DNA from: Cyanophora paradoxa CCMP329 | Lineage: Eukaryota > Plantae > Glaucophyta | Direction: 5' to 3' | DNA: 64,000 nucleotides | Assembly (NCBI GenBank): GCA_004431415.1 | Contig: QPMI01000632.1 | Coordinates: 1 to 64,000, forward strand | Part shown: positions 24,601 to 36,600 of the stretch, piece after piece | Layout: every line of letters starts with the position of its first letter | How positions within the stretch are numbered: position 1 is the first letter of the stretch | Made by a program: the position numbers and the translations under genes | Notes under the pieces: generated by a model | What the model saw: only the letters and a program-made list of their open reading frames with translations | What the model was told of the DNA's origin: nothing | The model's database searches: none

Positions 24601-26476
24601 CGACACGGGGCAGGGTGGGACGGGCGGGCGGGCGGGCCTGGAGATCGTCGAGGAGGACGAGGGTGGGCAGGCCGGGCGCCGAGACGGCCCGCAGCAGGTC
24701 CACCACCAGCGACCGCAGCCGCGCCTGCAGCTCGGCGGGGCGCGCCTCGGGCAGCGGGGGCGGGGCGGGCCCGAGCAGGAGCTTGGCGGCGGGGGCGACG
24801 TCGACGAGGAGGCGGGCGCGGGGCCCGAGGGCGCCGGCGACGGCCTCGCGGCGGCGCGCGACCTCCGCGGGGGCCCCGCCAGCAGCCCGCAGAAGAGGTC
24901 CTCCAGCGCCCGGAACCAGACCGCCAGCGGCGCCCGGTTGTACTGGTCCGCCTTCCCGTACAGGTGCCGCGCCGCCGCCCCTCCGCCGCCGCCCGCCGGC
25001 ACAGCTCCCGCGCCGCCATCGTCTTCCCCGCGCCCCTGCCGCCGCGTCGGCCGCCCGGCGGGCGAGGCGCGAGGGGCGCTGCAGACGCACGCGGGCCCGC
25101 TGACGACGATGAGCGCCGGCCGGGCGCTCTCCTGCGCGGCCGTGTCAAGAGGCAGCGTGAGCGGGGGGCGCGGGGCCGGCACCTTGGCGGCGCGGCAGGC
25201 GTCGAGGGCGCGGGCGATGTCCTGCGGCGCAGCGTGAGCGCCGCGCGGCTTTGGGGCGGTTTGCAACAGAGGAGTGGACCTGGGTGGGGCCGCCGCAGGG
25301 CGCGTCGGGCATGCTGAGCCGCGCGCTCACGTCCCGCTCCCCCAGGCCGAACGTCTCCTGCCCCCGGCCCGCGCGGTGCAGGTCCCGGCACCTGCGCGCC
25401 GGGCCCGGGGCGTCAGGGGTACGCCGGGGCCGGGCGGGGGCCGGGGTCGCCTCCTGAGGTCGTGGAGGAGGCCCCAGGCCGACTGGTAGCGGTCCGCCGG
25501 CGTCTTCGCCAGCAGCCGCTGCGTCCCGCTCGGGGGGTACCGCGCGGCCGGGGAGGAGCAGGGGTACCTCGACGATCGCCTCGAAGGCCGGGGGTACGAC
25601 GGGGTTCAGCTGCGTCACCCGAGGCGGCCTGCGGGGCGGTGGGCGGGGCGGGGTAGAAGGGGTGCGGGGAGGCCCCGGGGCACCGCTTCGCGAGGTGCCC
25701 GTGGAGGTACTCGAGCGCAGTGGACCCCTCGAACGGCCGGCGGCCCGTCGCGCACTTGAAGAGCACCAGCTGGGGGGGAGGGGTCAGGGGTACGGGAAGG
25801 GAAGGGTCGCGCGGGGCCGGCCCCGCACCCCGAGGAGGTACAGGTCGGACCGCTCGTCGGCCCCTGCGGCGTCGGCGTCAAGGCCCCAGCGGCGGGGCGG
25901 GAGGGGCGGGCGGACCCTCAGAGACGCCCATCCTGCCGGAGAGCTCGGGAGCCGTGTACGCGTACCCCTCCATCGCCTCCGCCGGCTCCGCGCCCGCGGC
26001 CTCCCCCCGCGGCTCCGCATTGCCGAAGCGCACGAGGACTGCTGCGCATGCGTCGCGCGTCAAGGCCCTGCGGTGAGAACGGGGTGCACGGACGTCCCCA
26101 GCGCACCGGTCCTCGCGTCCTCGCCGCCACCAGCTCCAGAGCGATCAACGCGGAAGAAGATGTTGCGCGGCTGTCAGGGGGATCGGGGCTCAGCCACTTC
26201 AGCGAGTGAAGGAAGAGATCAAATCTTCGCACCCGGAGCGCGGACAGTAGCAAGCCGCGCGAGGAATCCGAGCTCGAAGGTTCATGCGCGGCATAGAGCG
26301 CGTCGGCGAGCGCGACGCTGAGGTCCAGCAGGCGTGTGGCGTCGAAAGGTCCAGCTTGCGCGATAGTTCTGCTAGGAGAATGGTACGGGTCGGGGGGTCG
26401 AATGGGGTGGTCGAGGTTGGTTCACAGCGCGATTTGACCTGTTAAGTTCTTCCCATCCTTCGGTCGGGTCCATCAT
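15653..26476 (-). CDS. Multi-sensor hybrid histidine kinase, copy A (pseudokinase C-lobe, AAA/STAND ATPase, helical region, GAF, PAS, HisKA, HATPase_c, REC); dozens of introns
   Basis: Spliced motifs [27 protein letters not shown]|GAGKT, LLDDLQ|[38 protein letters not shown]|H|[20 protein letters not shown]|IGI, GGTGLGL, GRGSRF, LVDD, ILL|DVEM|P and FLCKP. ATG at 26476, TGA at 15653. Confidence 0.9.
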
Positions 26477-26836
26477 GCCGGCGCTTCCTAGCCGCGTCGT
26501 GCCCAGCTCCAGCTCCTTATCACCGAACCGCCTTAAGCTTGCGAAGGATCGTGTGAGGCAGGCGCGCGCACGACCGTTGAACAGCACTTTGCTAGATGCT
26601 ATGCGCGTACGGGGAGCAGGGTTATTCCATTCCGCGTGGAGCTCGCGGACTCCAAACCATGGAAGGTCGCGGACGGTGGACCGGCAAAGCGGCTGGGCTC
26701 GTGCTGCAGCGGTGCTGAGACAATACGAAGTCGACTTCTTTACGGACAAGCACGTGCACTGCAAGCTCACAGCTAACTAATGGGTGTTGTTCTTCGGGGG
26801 GAAGAGTTGAGTAGGGGGTACAGCTAGCACACAACG

Positions 26837-28364
26837 ATGAAGCCCGCAAGCCCCCGCCGGCGGCGAGACGAAGCGATGCGGGAGGCTTCTGCGGGGGCGG
26901 AGAAGTCCGATGACGAGTCACAGGACGATTCAGAGGACGACTCCAGCGAGGGCGGGTCCAGCAGCAGCAGCAGTAGCCAGGATGGGGGTTCAAGCTCCGA
27001 AAGCAGCAGCGACGAGGGCAGCACGGATTCCGCGACGCCCCCCTCCAAGCCTGCAGCTGCGGGGCTAGCGAAGGCCGACAGCAAGGCACCCGAGCCCAGA
27101 GAAACGACCAGCAAATCGAAATCGGGCTCATTTCTATCGAGCATAAGAAGTAAGAAGAAAAAAGCAGAAGCGCCGCGCACAAACACTCGAGAAGCCGAAC
27201 TCGAGACGGAGCGCACGAAGACCACAAGCGCCGGCCCCGCGCACAATGAGGAGCAACGCGAAGACACAAGGACGAGCAAGGACGAGAAGGCCGAGGCGCC
27301 GAAGACGGAGAAGCCGGCGCCGCCCTCGAAGCCGGAGAAGCCGGCGCCCGTGGAGGTCGTCTCGTGCTGCGGCTGCTTCCGGAGGCGTCGGAGGCTCCCG
27401 CCGCGCTCCTCCATGCCCAAGACGCCTCCTGCTCCCAAGCCCGGCGGACGGGGCCTCCTCTGCTGCCGCCGCCGGCCGGCGGTGGACGCGCCGCTGCCGC
27501 CCGCGCCGCCCGCCGAGGCGGAGCCGCCCAAGGAAGACGAGGAGGAGGAAGATGAGGAGGAGGAAGACGACGATCTTGACCTCGCCGCAGCGCGGGAGGC
27601 CGAATTCCTGGCGGTGCGCGCCCTCCGCCCCCAGTTCCTGCCTTGCCCGGCCCCGTGGTTTGCCTGATATCGATCCCGGCGCCCGTCCCGCAGGCGGTGC
27701 GGGAAGACAGCCCTGCCCTCGCCGACGCCTTTGCCGCCCTTCACGTGGGCTCGCGGTTCGTCCTCGAGCCGCCCTCTTCGCGTGGCTAGAGCTAGACCAG
27801 GCGGGGTCCGACGCGCCCGCGTCCCGCAGGTGGGAGGGGTACGTCGCCATGCGCGGCTTCCCCTCGCACCTCTCCGCCAGCGTCGCCCGCCGCGACGCCG
27901 ACCACCGACTCCACATCGTCCACACCGTGCGCGTACCCCCGTCCGAGTCCGTGGAACCTGTACCCCCTTGAGGCGCGGTAGGCCTTCGGGGTCACGTCGC
28001 GGGCGAGGGCCGTCCTCGAGGTGGAGGACGCGGAGGACGGGCCCGTGACCGTGCGCACCCCGGTACCCCCCCGCTCGCGCGCGCTGACGTTCCCCCCTTC
28101 CCAAATCAGATCCGCTACGAGGGCGAGAACCTGCTGGGGATGACGGGGGCCACGCTGCGAGTGCCGGGGGGCAGCGCTCCCTCCCTCCACGGCCGCACCA
28201 GCGTGGCCCCAGGCGCCGCCGCTGCCGCCGCCGGCAGCCCCACGGCCGCGCGGCCGGCCCCGCCGCCCCGCTCGGCCCTCGGGGGCGTCTCGCTGTACCC
28301 CGCGGGCGCCCAGGACACGGTTCGGATCTGCGAGGGAACCTTCTCCCTCACGAGGATCTATTGA
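26837..28364 (+). CDS. Hypothetical protein: Ser/acidic N-terminus, two CC motifs, small C-terminal globular domain; multi-exon
   Basis: ORF 26837 continues through GT-AG introns into AVREDSPALADAF, WEGYVAMRGFP, AFGVTSRARAVLEV and IRYEGENLLG...CEGTFSLTRIY*. Frames are consistent across the junctions. Confidence 0.6.
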
Positions 28365-28744
28365 CGTTAGCCGTTTAGCTCCAGTACCTGGTATGCGTTG
28401 CATTCTGTTCTTTGGAAGCCGGCGCCCCCTCTGGGGCGCCTGGCGCGGCAGCAGGGCGGCGCGCGAACGTTAACCCCGCGCGTCCGCCAGTTTAAAGATA
28501 GCTATAGTTATCGATATACATTGCCTTCGCACAAATTTTCCAGGTGCAGATTTGGGTGTAATTTCAATGTGAATTGTAGGCTAGGTTCGATTACGAGAGA
28601 ACCGTTTCGGGTTACAGGAAGGCGAAGACTCGGAGCGGGGGGTGGAGGCGTTTCCATGGATTCGGAGGGGCTAAAGGAAGCGGGGCGGCATGCGCAAGCG
28701 GGCGGGCGGGAGGTAGAGAGGCGGCGTGGGGCGGGGCGGGGGGG

Positions 28745-29116
28745 TCAGACGGTGGCGACGAGGGTGCCGGAGGGGACGAGGTCGGCGGTCTCGAGGGTGA
28801 GGTCCATGAGCTCCTCGCCGAAGGTCTGGCGGGGGAAGGGCGTCATGAGCTTGAGGCGCTCGCGCTGCTGCTGCTGCGAGCAGAGCGACGCCACGAAGCT
28901 CCGCACGGTCCGCAGCGTGTCCGTCGAGCTGAACTTCTGCGTCACCGTCTTCCCGTCCAGCAGCCGGATCTGGATCGTCGCCGCCCGCGCCTCCCCCGGC
29001 CCCGCCCCCGCCGCTCCCGCCGCCGCCTGCGCCTGCGCCTGCTGGCTCTGGGAGGCCTTGAAGGCCGAGAAGGGGCTCTGGCCCGCCGCGGCCGCCTGCC
29101 GCGCGGGGGCCTGCTG

Positions 29117-29150
<34 letters not shown>

Positions 29151-30110
29151 CAGTTGGACCAGAAGCGGTTGTGCGGCGCCTGCTTGGGCCCGCCGAACCC
29201 AAACTGCATTCCTGGCGCCGCCGTCGGTGCCGGCGCGGAGGAGGAGGAGGTGGTGGTGGAGGAGGAGGACGGCACGGAGGCGGCGGCGGCGGCGGGCGCG
29301 GGTTGCGCCGGCGGTCGCAGCGGCGCCTCGGGCCGCGGCGGGATGGCAAAGGTAGGAAGAGGGGCGGCGGGGGCGGGGGCGGGGCCCGACGCGGAGGCGG
29401 GGCGCGCGGGGTGCGCCTGCGGCTGCGGGAGAGGCGGAAGGGGCCGATGGAGGGGCCCGGGGAGGAGCTGGCGGCCGCCCCGCACTTGTGGTCCGGCTCG
29501 AGGCGGTGGCTCAGGCAGAAGAGCCGGCGGCAGCTCTTGCAGGCGGTCGGCGTGGAGAGCGGGCTCGCCCCCGTGAGCCGCGTCGTGCACCGCGGCGCGG
29601 CGCACGCCGGCGCCGACTGCCGGGCCGCGTCCGCCGCGCTGGCCTCGCGGGGGCAGCCCGCGTCGATGTGCGCCGAGAGCAGGTCGTCCTGCGCGCGCGG
29701 CGGCGGTTGGCGGCCGCGCAGCGAGGAGAAGCATTAAGAAGTGGTTGCTCACCGCGTTCTGCCCCCGGCAGTGCAGGATTTGCTGGCAGATTGGGCACGT
29801 TACGGCAAGGGCCGTGTCAAGCCGCGCCGCTGTGCACTTGTGAGCGTCCGCCTTCCAGTGGTCATTGCAGAAGACGACTCGGCAATGCTGGCACACGAAG
29901 GGCAGGAAATCTGCAAGGACAACGCCACCAAGATGTCAGAGAGATGCGAGAGAGCGCCAGGGCAGGCCGCGCGGCCGCGGCGCCCGCACGAGTCATGTGA
30001 GGATAGCTAGCAGTATTGTAGCGGGCGGCACGAGCGGCACGCGGAGACGGACCGAGCTGGTTGCAGTCCCGCAAGCCACAGTGCTTGGAACCCCGCACTT
30101 CAACCTCCAT
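28745..30110 (-). CDS. Double AN1-type zinc-finger protein (ZFAND2/Cuz1/SAP-like) with C-terminal UBX domain
   Basis: HCGLRDCNQL|DFLPFVCQHCRVVFCNDH..AHKC, VTCPIC, a second finger CKSCRRLFCLSHRLEPDHKC, and a UBX-like end IQIRLLDGKTVTQKF...MTPFPRQTF...DLVPSGTLV*. Confidence 0.85.
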
Positions 30111-30628
30111 GCGCGCTTTGACTGCACTGGCCTTCAACTGCGTGAAATTGCTAGCGCGGACTTCGGCAGTCGTATGACCTCTTGCGTCCTCTTACGTCGG
30201 TTTACGTCGAGAAGAACTCAGAAGGTCGGGGCACGGGTACGAGCGCACTCGTTGGCACGGGTATACCAATCTCTCCCGAATGCCCTCCATAGGAATCGAG
30301 CACGCAGCACGGAGACCGAACCGGCCGCCCGCGGCCGGCCCCTCGGCCCAGCTTTACGCCGTTTACGTATACGCGTGCAAGCGGGAGCTGCTCCAGCGAG
30401 TCGGCAGTGACTCGGCAGCAGTGGCGGCCATGGCATCCGTTCCGCGCTTGTGCAACAGCAGCCGCGAGTGACGCAACGCGACGGCTGGCGACGCGAGAAC
30501 GGGCGACTCGGATAGCATCTAGCAGCGGTTAGCGCTCGCGTACGGTGTCCTCGCGCCGCCCAGGACTACTGTATTGCAAGCGTTGCAATACCGCCGAGCT
30601 GGAGCAAGGGAGGTCACGAATTGGAGGC

Positions 30629-33600
30629 ATGGATAAAAGCGATGGCTTGGATGCGTGGGAAGCTCTAAACAGGTGAGCCGTGCGCAGTCGCGCCCGGGTT
30701 GTGTACCGTATATGTATATGACGCATGCATCCTGGGCAGGGTTGTTCAACGCGACGGTCGTTTCAATTCGGCACGCCTCCTGGACCTCAGCGTTGCCCTT
30801 GCCGAAGCGCTCTATGGCGCGCACGAAAGAAGCGGGCTGGGCGCGTCGCGCGGCTTGCTCCTGTCCGCGCTCCGAGTGCGAAGATTTGATCTCTTCCTTC
30901 ACTCGCTGATGTGTCTGAGACCCGATCCCCCCGGCAGCCGCGCAACATCTTCTTCCGTTTAGATCGCTCTGGAGCTGGTGGCGGCGAGGACGCGAGGACC
31001 GGTGCGCTGGGGACGTCCGTGCACCCCGTTCTCACCGCAGGGCCTTGACGCGCGACGCATGCGCAGCAGTCCTCGTGCGCTTCGGCAATGCGGAGCCGCG
31101 GGGGGAGGCCGCGGGCGCGGAGCCGGCGGAGGCGATGGAGGGGTACGCGTACACGGCTCCAGAGCTCTCTGGCAGGATGGGCGTCTCCGAGGGTCCGCCC
31201 GCCCCTCCCGCCCCGCCGCGGGGGCCTTGACGCCGACGCCGCAGGGGCCGACGAGCGGTCCGACCTGTACCTTCTTGGGGTGCGGGGCCGGCCCCGCGCG
31301 ACCCTTCCCTTCCCGTACCCCCTGACCCCTCCCCCAGCTGGTGCTCTTCAAGTGCGCGACGGGCCGCCGGCCGTTCGAGGGGTCCACTGCGCTCGAGTAC
31401 CTCCACGGGCACCTCGCGAAGCGGTGCCCCGGGGCCTCCCCGCACCCCTTCTACCCCGCCCCGCCCACCGCCCCGCAGGCCGCCTCGGGTGACGCAGCTG
31501 AACCCCGTCGTACCCCCGGCCCTCGAGGCGATCGTCGAGGTACCCCTGCTCCTCCCCGGCCGCGCGGTACCCCCCGAGCGGGACGCAGCGGCTGCTGGCG
31601 AAGACGCCGGCGGACCGCTACCAGTCGGCCTGGGGCCTCCTCCACGACCTCAGGAGGTGACCCCGGCCCCCGCCCGGCCCCGGCGTACCCCTGACGCCCC
31701 GGGCCCGGCGCGCAGGTGCCGGGACCTGCACGGCGCGGGCCGGGGGCAGGAGACGTTCGGCCTGGGGGAGCGGGACGTGAGCGCGCGGCTCAGCATGCCC
31801 GACGCGCCCTGCGGCGGCCCCACCCAGGTCCACTCCTCTGTTGCAAACCGCCCCAAAGCCGCGCGGCGCTCACGCCGCGCCGCAGGACATCGCCCGCGCC
31901 CTCGACGCCTGCCGCGCCGCCAAGGTGCCGGCCCCGCGCCCCCCGCTCACGCTGCCTCTTGACACGGCCGCGCAGGAGAGCGGCCGGCCGGCGCTCATCG
32001 TCGTCAGCGGGCCCGCGTGCGCCTGCGGCGCCCCTCGCGCCCCGCCCGCCGGGCGGCCGACGCGGCGGCAGGGGCGCGGGGAAGACGATGGCGGCGCGGG
32101 AGCTGTGCCGGCGGGCGGCGGCGGAGGGGCGGCGGCGCGGCACCTGTACGGGAAGGCGGACCAGTACAACCGGGCGCCGCTGGCGGTCTGGTTCCGGGCG
32201 CTGGAGGACCTCTTCTGCGGGCTGCTGGCGGGGCCCCCGCGGAGGTCGCGCGCCGCCGCGAGGCCGTCGCCGGCGCCCTCGGCCCCGCGCCCGCCTCCTC
32301 GTCGACGTCGCCCCGCCGCCAAGCTCCTGCTCGGGCCCGCCCCGCCCCGCTCCCCGAGGCGCGCCCCGCCGAGCTGCAGGCGCGGCTGCGTTCGCTGGTG
32401 GTGGACCTGCTGCGAGCCGTCTCGGCGCCCGGCCTCCCCACCCTCGTCCTCCTCGACGACCTCCAGGCCCGCCCGCCCGCCCGCCCGCCCCGCGCCGCCC
32501 GCCCCGCGCCGGCGGCCGCTTAGGCGGCCGCAGTGGGCGGACCCCGAGACGCTCTCTCTCGCGGACTTTGTGCTCGCGTCGGACCTCCCCGTCGCCCTCT
32601 GCGCCACCTACCGGTTCGCCCCGCCCCGCCCCGCCCAGGAGCCCGCAGCCGGGCGGCGAGCGCCGGCGCAGGAGCTGCGAGGTCTCCGACGAGCACGCCG
32701 TCGCCCAGTTCGTGCGCCGGGCCGCCAAGGTGCATCCCCCGCAGAGCGCGCGGCGCCGCCCGCCTCACCCCCGCGAGGTCGTGCCGGTGCACGAGGTGGC
32801 GCTGGCGCCTTTGCGCCGCGGCGACTGCCAGGCCATCCTCGCCGCCACGGCGCGCCCCCGCCCCGCCCCGCCCGCCCGCCGCGCCGCTTCTTACGCGCGG
32901 GCGCGCAGCTGAAAACCCCGGAGGACGAGCGGTCGGAGGCGCTGGCCGCGTCGCTCGTGCGCAAGGCCCACGGCAACCCCTTCCACACCGTCCGCCCGCC
33001 TCGCCCCTTCGCCCGCTGCGCCGCGCCCGCGACCGACGGCGGGGCCGCAGATCCAGCTGCTGCGCGCGCTGGTCGAGCGCCGCGCGCTGCACTTCGACTA
33101 CCCCTCGGGGCGCTGGACCTGGAGCCAGGCCGAGGTGCGCCCCGCCGCGCCGCCCCGGCCGGCGGCGGCGGCGGGGCCGAGGGCGGGCGGGGGCAGGTGG
33201 ACGCGGTGCACGAGGGGACGACGTGGCGGAGATGGCGGCCCTCTCCATCCTCGCCCTGCCCCCGCCACCCAGGCCCTCCTCAAGGCCCGCCCCCGCCCCG
33301 CCCCGCCGGCGCCGCGCCGCTGAGCGGGGCCGGCAGGTGGCGAGCTGCTGCGGGGCGGCCTTCGACGCGGCGATGCTCGCGACCATCACGGGCGCCTCCG
33401 AGGAGGCCCGCCCGCCCCTCCGCAGCGGTTCTCGCCGCGTCTGAGGGCGGGGGCGCAGGAGAGCCAGCGGGCGGTGCAGCCGGCGCTCGCGGCGGGCCTC
33501 CTCGTCCAGGGCGCCGGCGACGCCGTCTTCTCCTTCCAGCACGACAAGATCCAGCAGGCGCCCCCGCCGCCCCTCGGGACGTCCGTCGGGCCGCCGCTGA

Positions 33601-36600
33601 CGCGGGGGCGCAGGCGGCGCACGACATGGTGGGGGCGCGCGAGCGGAGCGACCTCTGCTTCCGCGCGGGGACGCTCCTCCGCGGGGCCATGCGGGAGCCC
33701 GCCGAGGCCGCCAACCTCTACGAGGTCCGCCCGAGCCCGCCCGCCCCGGCCGCCGGCGCCGGCGCCGGCGCCGAGTGCGGCGCAGGTGGCGAACCTGCTG
33801 AACGCGTGCCTGGAGGAGCCGCCGGCGGGGGCCGACGCGGCCGCCCTCGCCGGGATCGCGGAGCTGGACCTGCTCGCCGCGCGCCGCGCGCGGCGCTGCG
33901 CGGGGTACGCCCGCGGCGCCGAGTACGCCGCCTGCGGCCTGCGCGCCCTCGCCCTCTCCGGCCGCGACGGCGAGCTGCGCCCCCTCCGCTTCTCCCTCGC
34001 GGCGCGCCCTCGCCCCGCCCCGCCGAAGCCCCCTAGCCCTGACGGCCCCCCCACCCGCAGCTCGCGCTGGCCGAGTGCAAGTACCTCTCGGGCGCCTACG
34101 CGGCCGCCGAGGCGGAGATCGCGGCGATGTGGCAGCTCGCCGAGACCCGCGCCGAGCGCCTGAGCGGTGCCGCCCCGCCGCGCGCCCCCCGTCCGCAGCC
34201 CTCCGCCCGTGACGCCGGCGGCAGCGTACCGCCTGCGCATCGCGTTCCTGAGCACGGCGGGGCGCTTCCGGGAGAGCGCGGAGGCCGGGCTGGACTGCCT
34301 GCGCTCCCTGTGGGGCATCTCCTTCTCCTTCGGTGGCCCCGCGGCCCTCGCGATCGCTGCGCGCCGGGAGGCTCGCGATCGCTGACGGCCGGGCAGACGC
34401 GACGTTCGACGACGTCGAGGCGGAGATACGCGCCATAGCGACCGCGCTGCACAATCTCCGTCCTCGCCAGACGGTTCCGCCGCGTTCGAGTTCGACGCCG
34501 ATGAGGCAGTCGACGCCTTCTGCGCCCTGCCGGAGTGCCGCGACCGCGGTGCGGCCGTTTGCGTTTGCGTTTACGTTACGCTGAGCTCTGTGCAGACATT
34601 CTGGACCTGATGCAGATCGGCGCCGACTCTGCGCTCTCCGCCCGCTACGGCAAGTTTGTCGTTCTCTACTGCCTCATCCCCGCCCGGTGCGAGCTGCCGC
34701 GCGCGGCCGGAGAGCCTTTACAAGGCCGCTGTAGTGATCTGTCCGCGCCAGGTGCCTGCTGCTGAGCCTTCGGCACGGGCGGGCCCCGGAGACGGCGTTG
34801 CTGGCGGGGATCCTGGCGCAGGCGTGCGTCGCCACCGACGCGACTCTTCGGCACGCGCGGACCTGCGCGAAGGCAGCCCGACCGCACCCGCGCTCCCCGC
34901 CGAATTCGCGCGCTGATGCCCCTGCAGGTCGCCCTGGCACTCGGCCCCGGCGCGAAAAAAGAGAGCCATGGCCAGTCCGAAGGGGACGCGAAGGTGCTTG
35001 GCCGGAACCGAATGACCGCATGGCGGCATGTGGCTGCGGCCGAATCGAATCGCGCAGACTCTCGTCTGGTGCTCCCTTGCATCGATCATGGCAGAGTCTT
35101 ACCGTACTTCTCTGGAGGTGAGCGCGCCACTTCCGTGCAGAACACTTCTGGAAATGGGCTTTCGTTGAGCTCGATCGCGTGCAGATTGGAGACAGCGCGT
35201 ACAGGCTCGCCATCTCTGTCGGCGACATCGTCTCGGCTTACATCGCCGGCATCTGCATCATCGGAGACGCGTTCTGGTGCTGCGAGCCGCTCGCCGCCGT
35301 CCACGATCGGGGTGCGCCAATTGCAAGTGCAGCTGCTTCTCGCGTGCAATCCCGACAACTGAGCTTCCGACCCCCCCAGCCGTCTCTGTGAACCGCTTTG
35401 TGGAGGGGAAGCAAGCCACGTACGGAATCGTCTCCGGCCTGTACGCCTTCGTCTCGGCGGTGCTGCAGGTGCCCGGCCCGGCGGCCCGGCTCGCCGCGAG
35501 ATACGCGCCGGCCGGGGTGAGGTCGATTCCGCCGCAGGGCGAGGACGGGGCCTCGGCGGGCGGCCCGAGGGCCCCGCCCCTGGAGCTTGTCTCGGCACCG
35601 GCGGAGGGGAATCCGTGCGGCCGGCTGGCGCTCGACGCGGGCCTTCTCCGCGAGATCCTGGCCGGCTTTCCCTGCTGGTGCGGGAAGTCGAGTTTGCGCG
35701 TGCGCGCGGGTGACGGTGTTTGCAGGGCCAAGGGGGAGTTCTCTGCCATCTCCATCGTGCTTTGCATCCTCCTCGGCGATTTCGGCACCGTGCGGCCTGT
35801 TTTAGCTGTTGTTGATTAGCAGCGCTTGCCGAGAAACACTCATCGTGGCGCCTACCCGATTTGACGTGCTGCATTTCACAATCTCTTGCGCTGCGCAGGC
35901 GTGGCAACTGGTCGATGAGGTCGATCTCGCCAACCCTGACGTGGTTCTCATGAGGGAGGGGTACTCGTGCTACCAGGACTACCTCTTCGCCACCGCCCTC
36001 GCCATCGGAGTGGTCCGCCCCGCGCCCCGCCCTCGGCCCGCGCGGAGCTCACGCTGCCGCCTCCGGCAGCGGCTCTCGCCGGGGCGGGCGGAGGCGGCCT
36101 TCGATGCGGCGCCGCTCTCAGCGGCGGAGCGCGCCGGCCTCGCGGAGCGCCTCCGCCGCTGCTGCGACGGCATGGCGCCCTTCGCCGACGCCTCCCCCTC
36201 GCCTACCGCCCCGGTCCCGCCGCCCGCCCCGCCCCGCCCCGCCCGGCCGCGAGGGCGAGCGGGGCGTGCATGCGCAGGCACCTTGTGATGCGGGCGGAGG
36301 CGGCGCGGGCGGCGGGGCGGCGGCGGAGGCGATGGCGCTGTACGAGGCGGCCTGCGACGCCGGCGAGGAGCAGCGCCTCCACCTCTTCTCGCGCGCCCCC
36401 GCCCGCCCCGCCCGCCCCCGCCCCCGCCGCCCCTGACCCCGCCCGCGCCCCGCGCCTGCAGCGCCGTCGCCGGCGAGCGGCTGGCGTCGCTCGCGGTGGA
36501 CCTCGGCCTGCGCCGCATGGCGTCGGGGCCGCTCCGGGCCGCCGCCGCCGCCCTGGAGGCCTGGGGCGCCGCCCCCGCGCCGCCGCCCTCCGCGCCCTCG

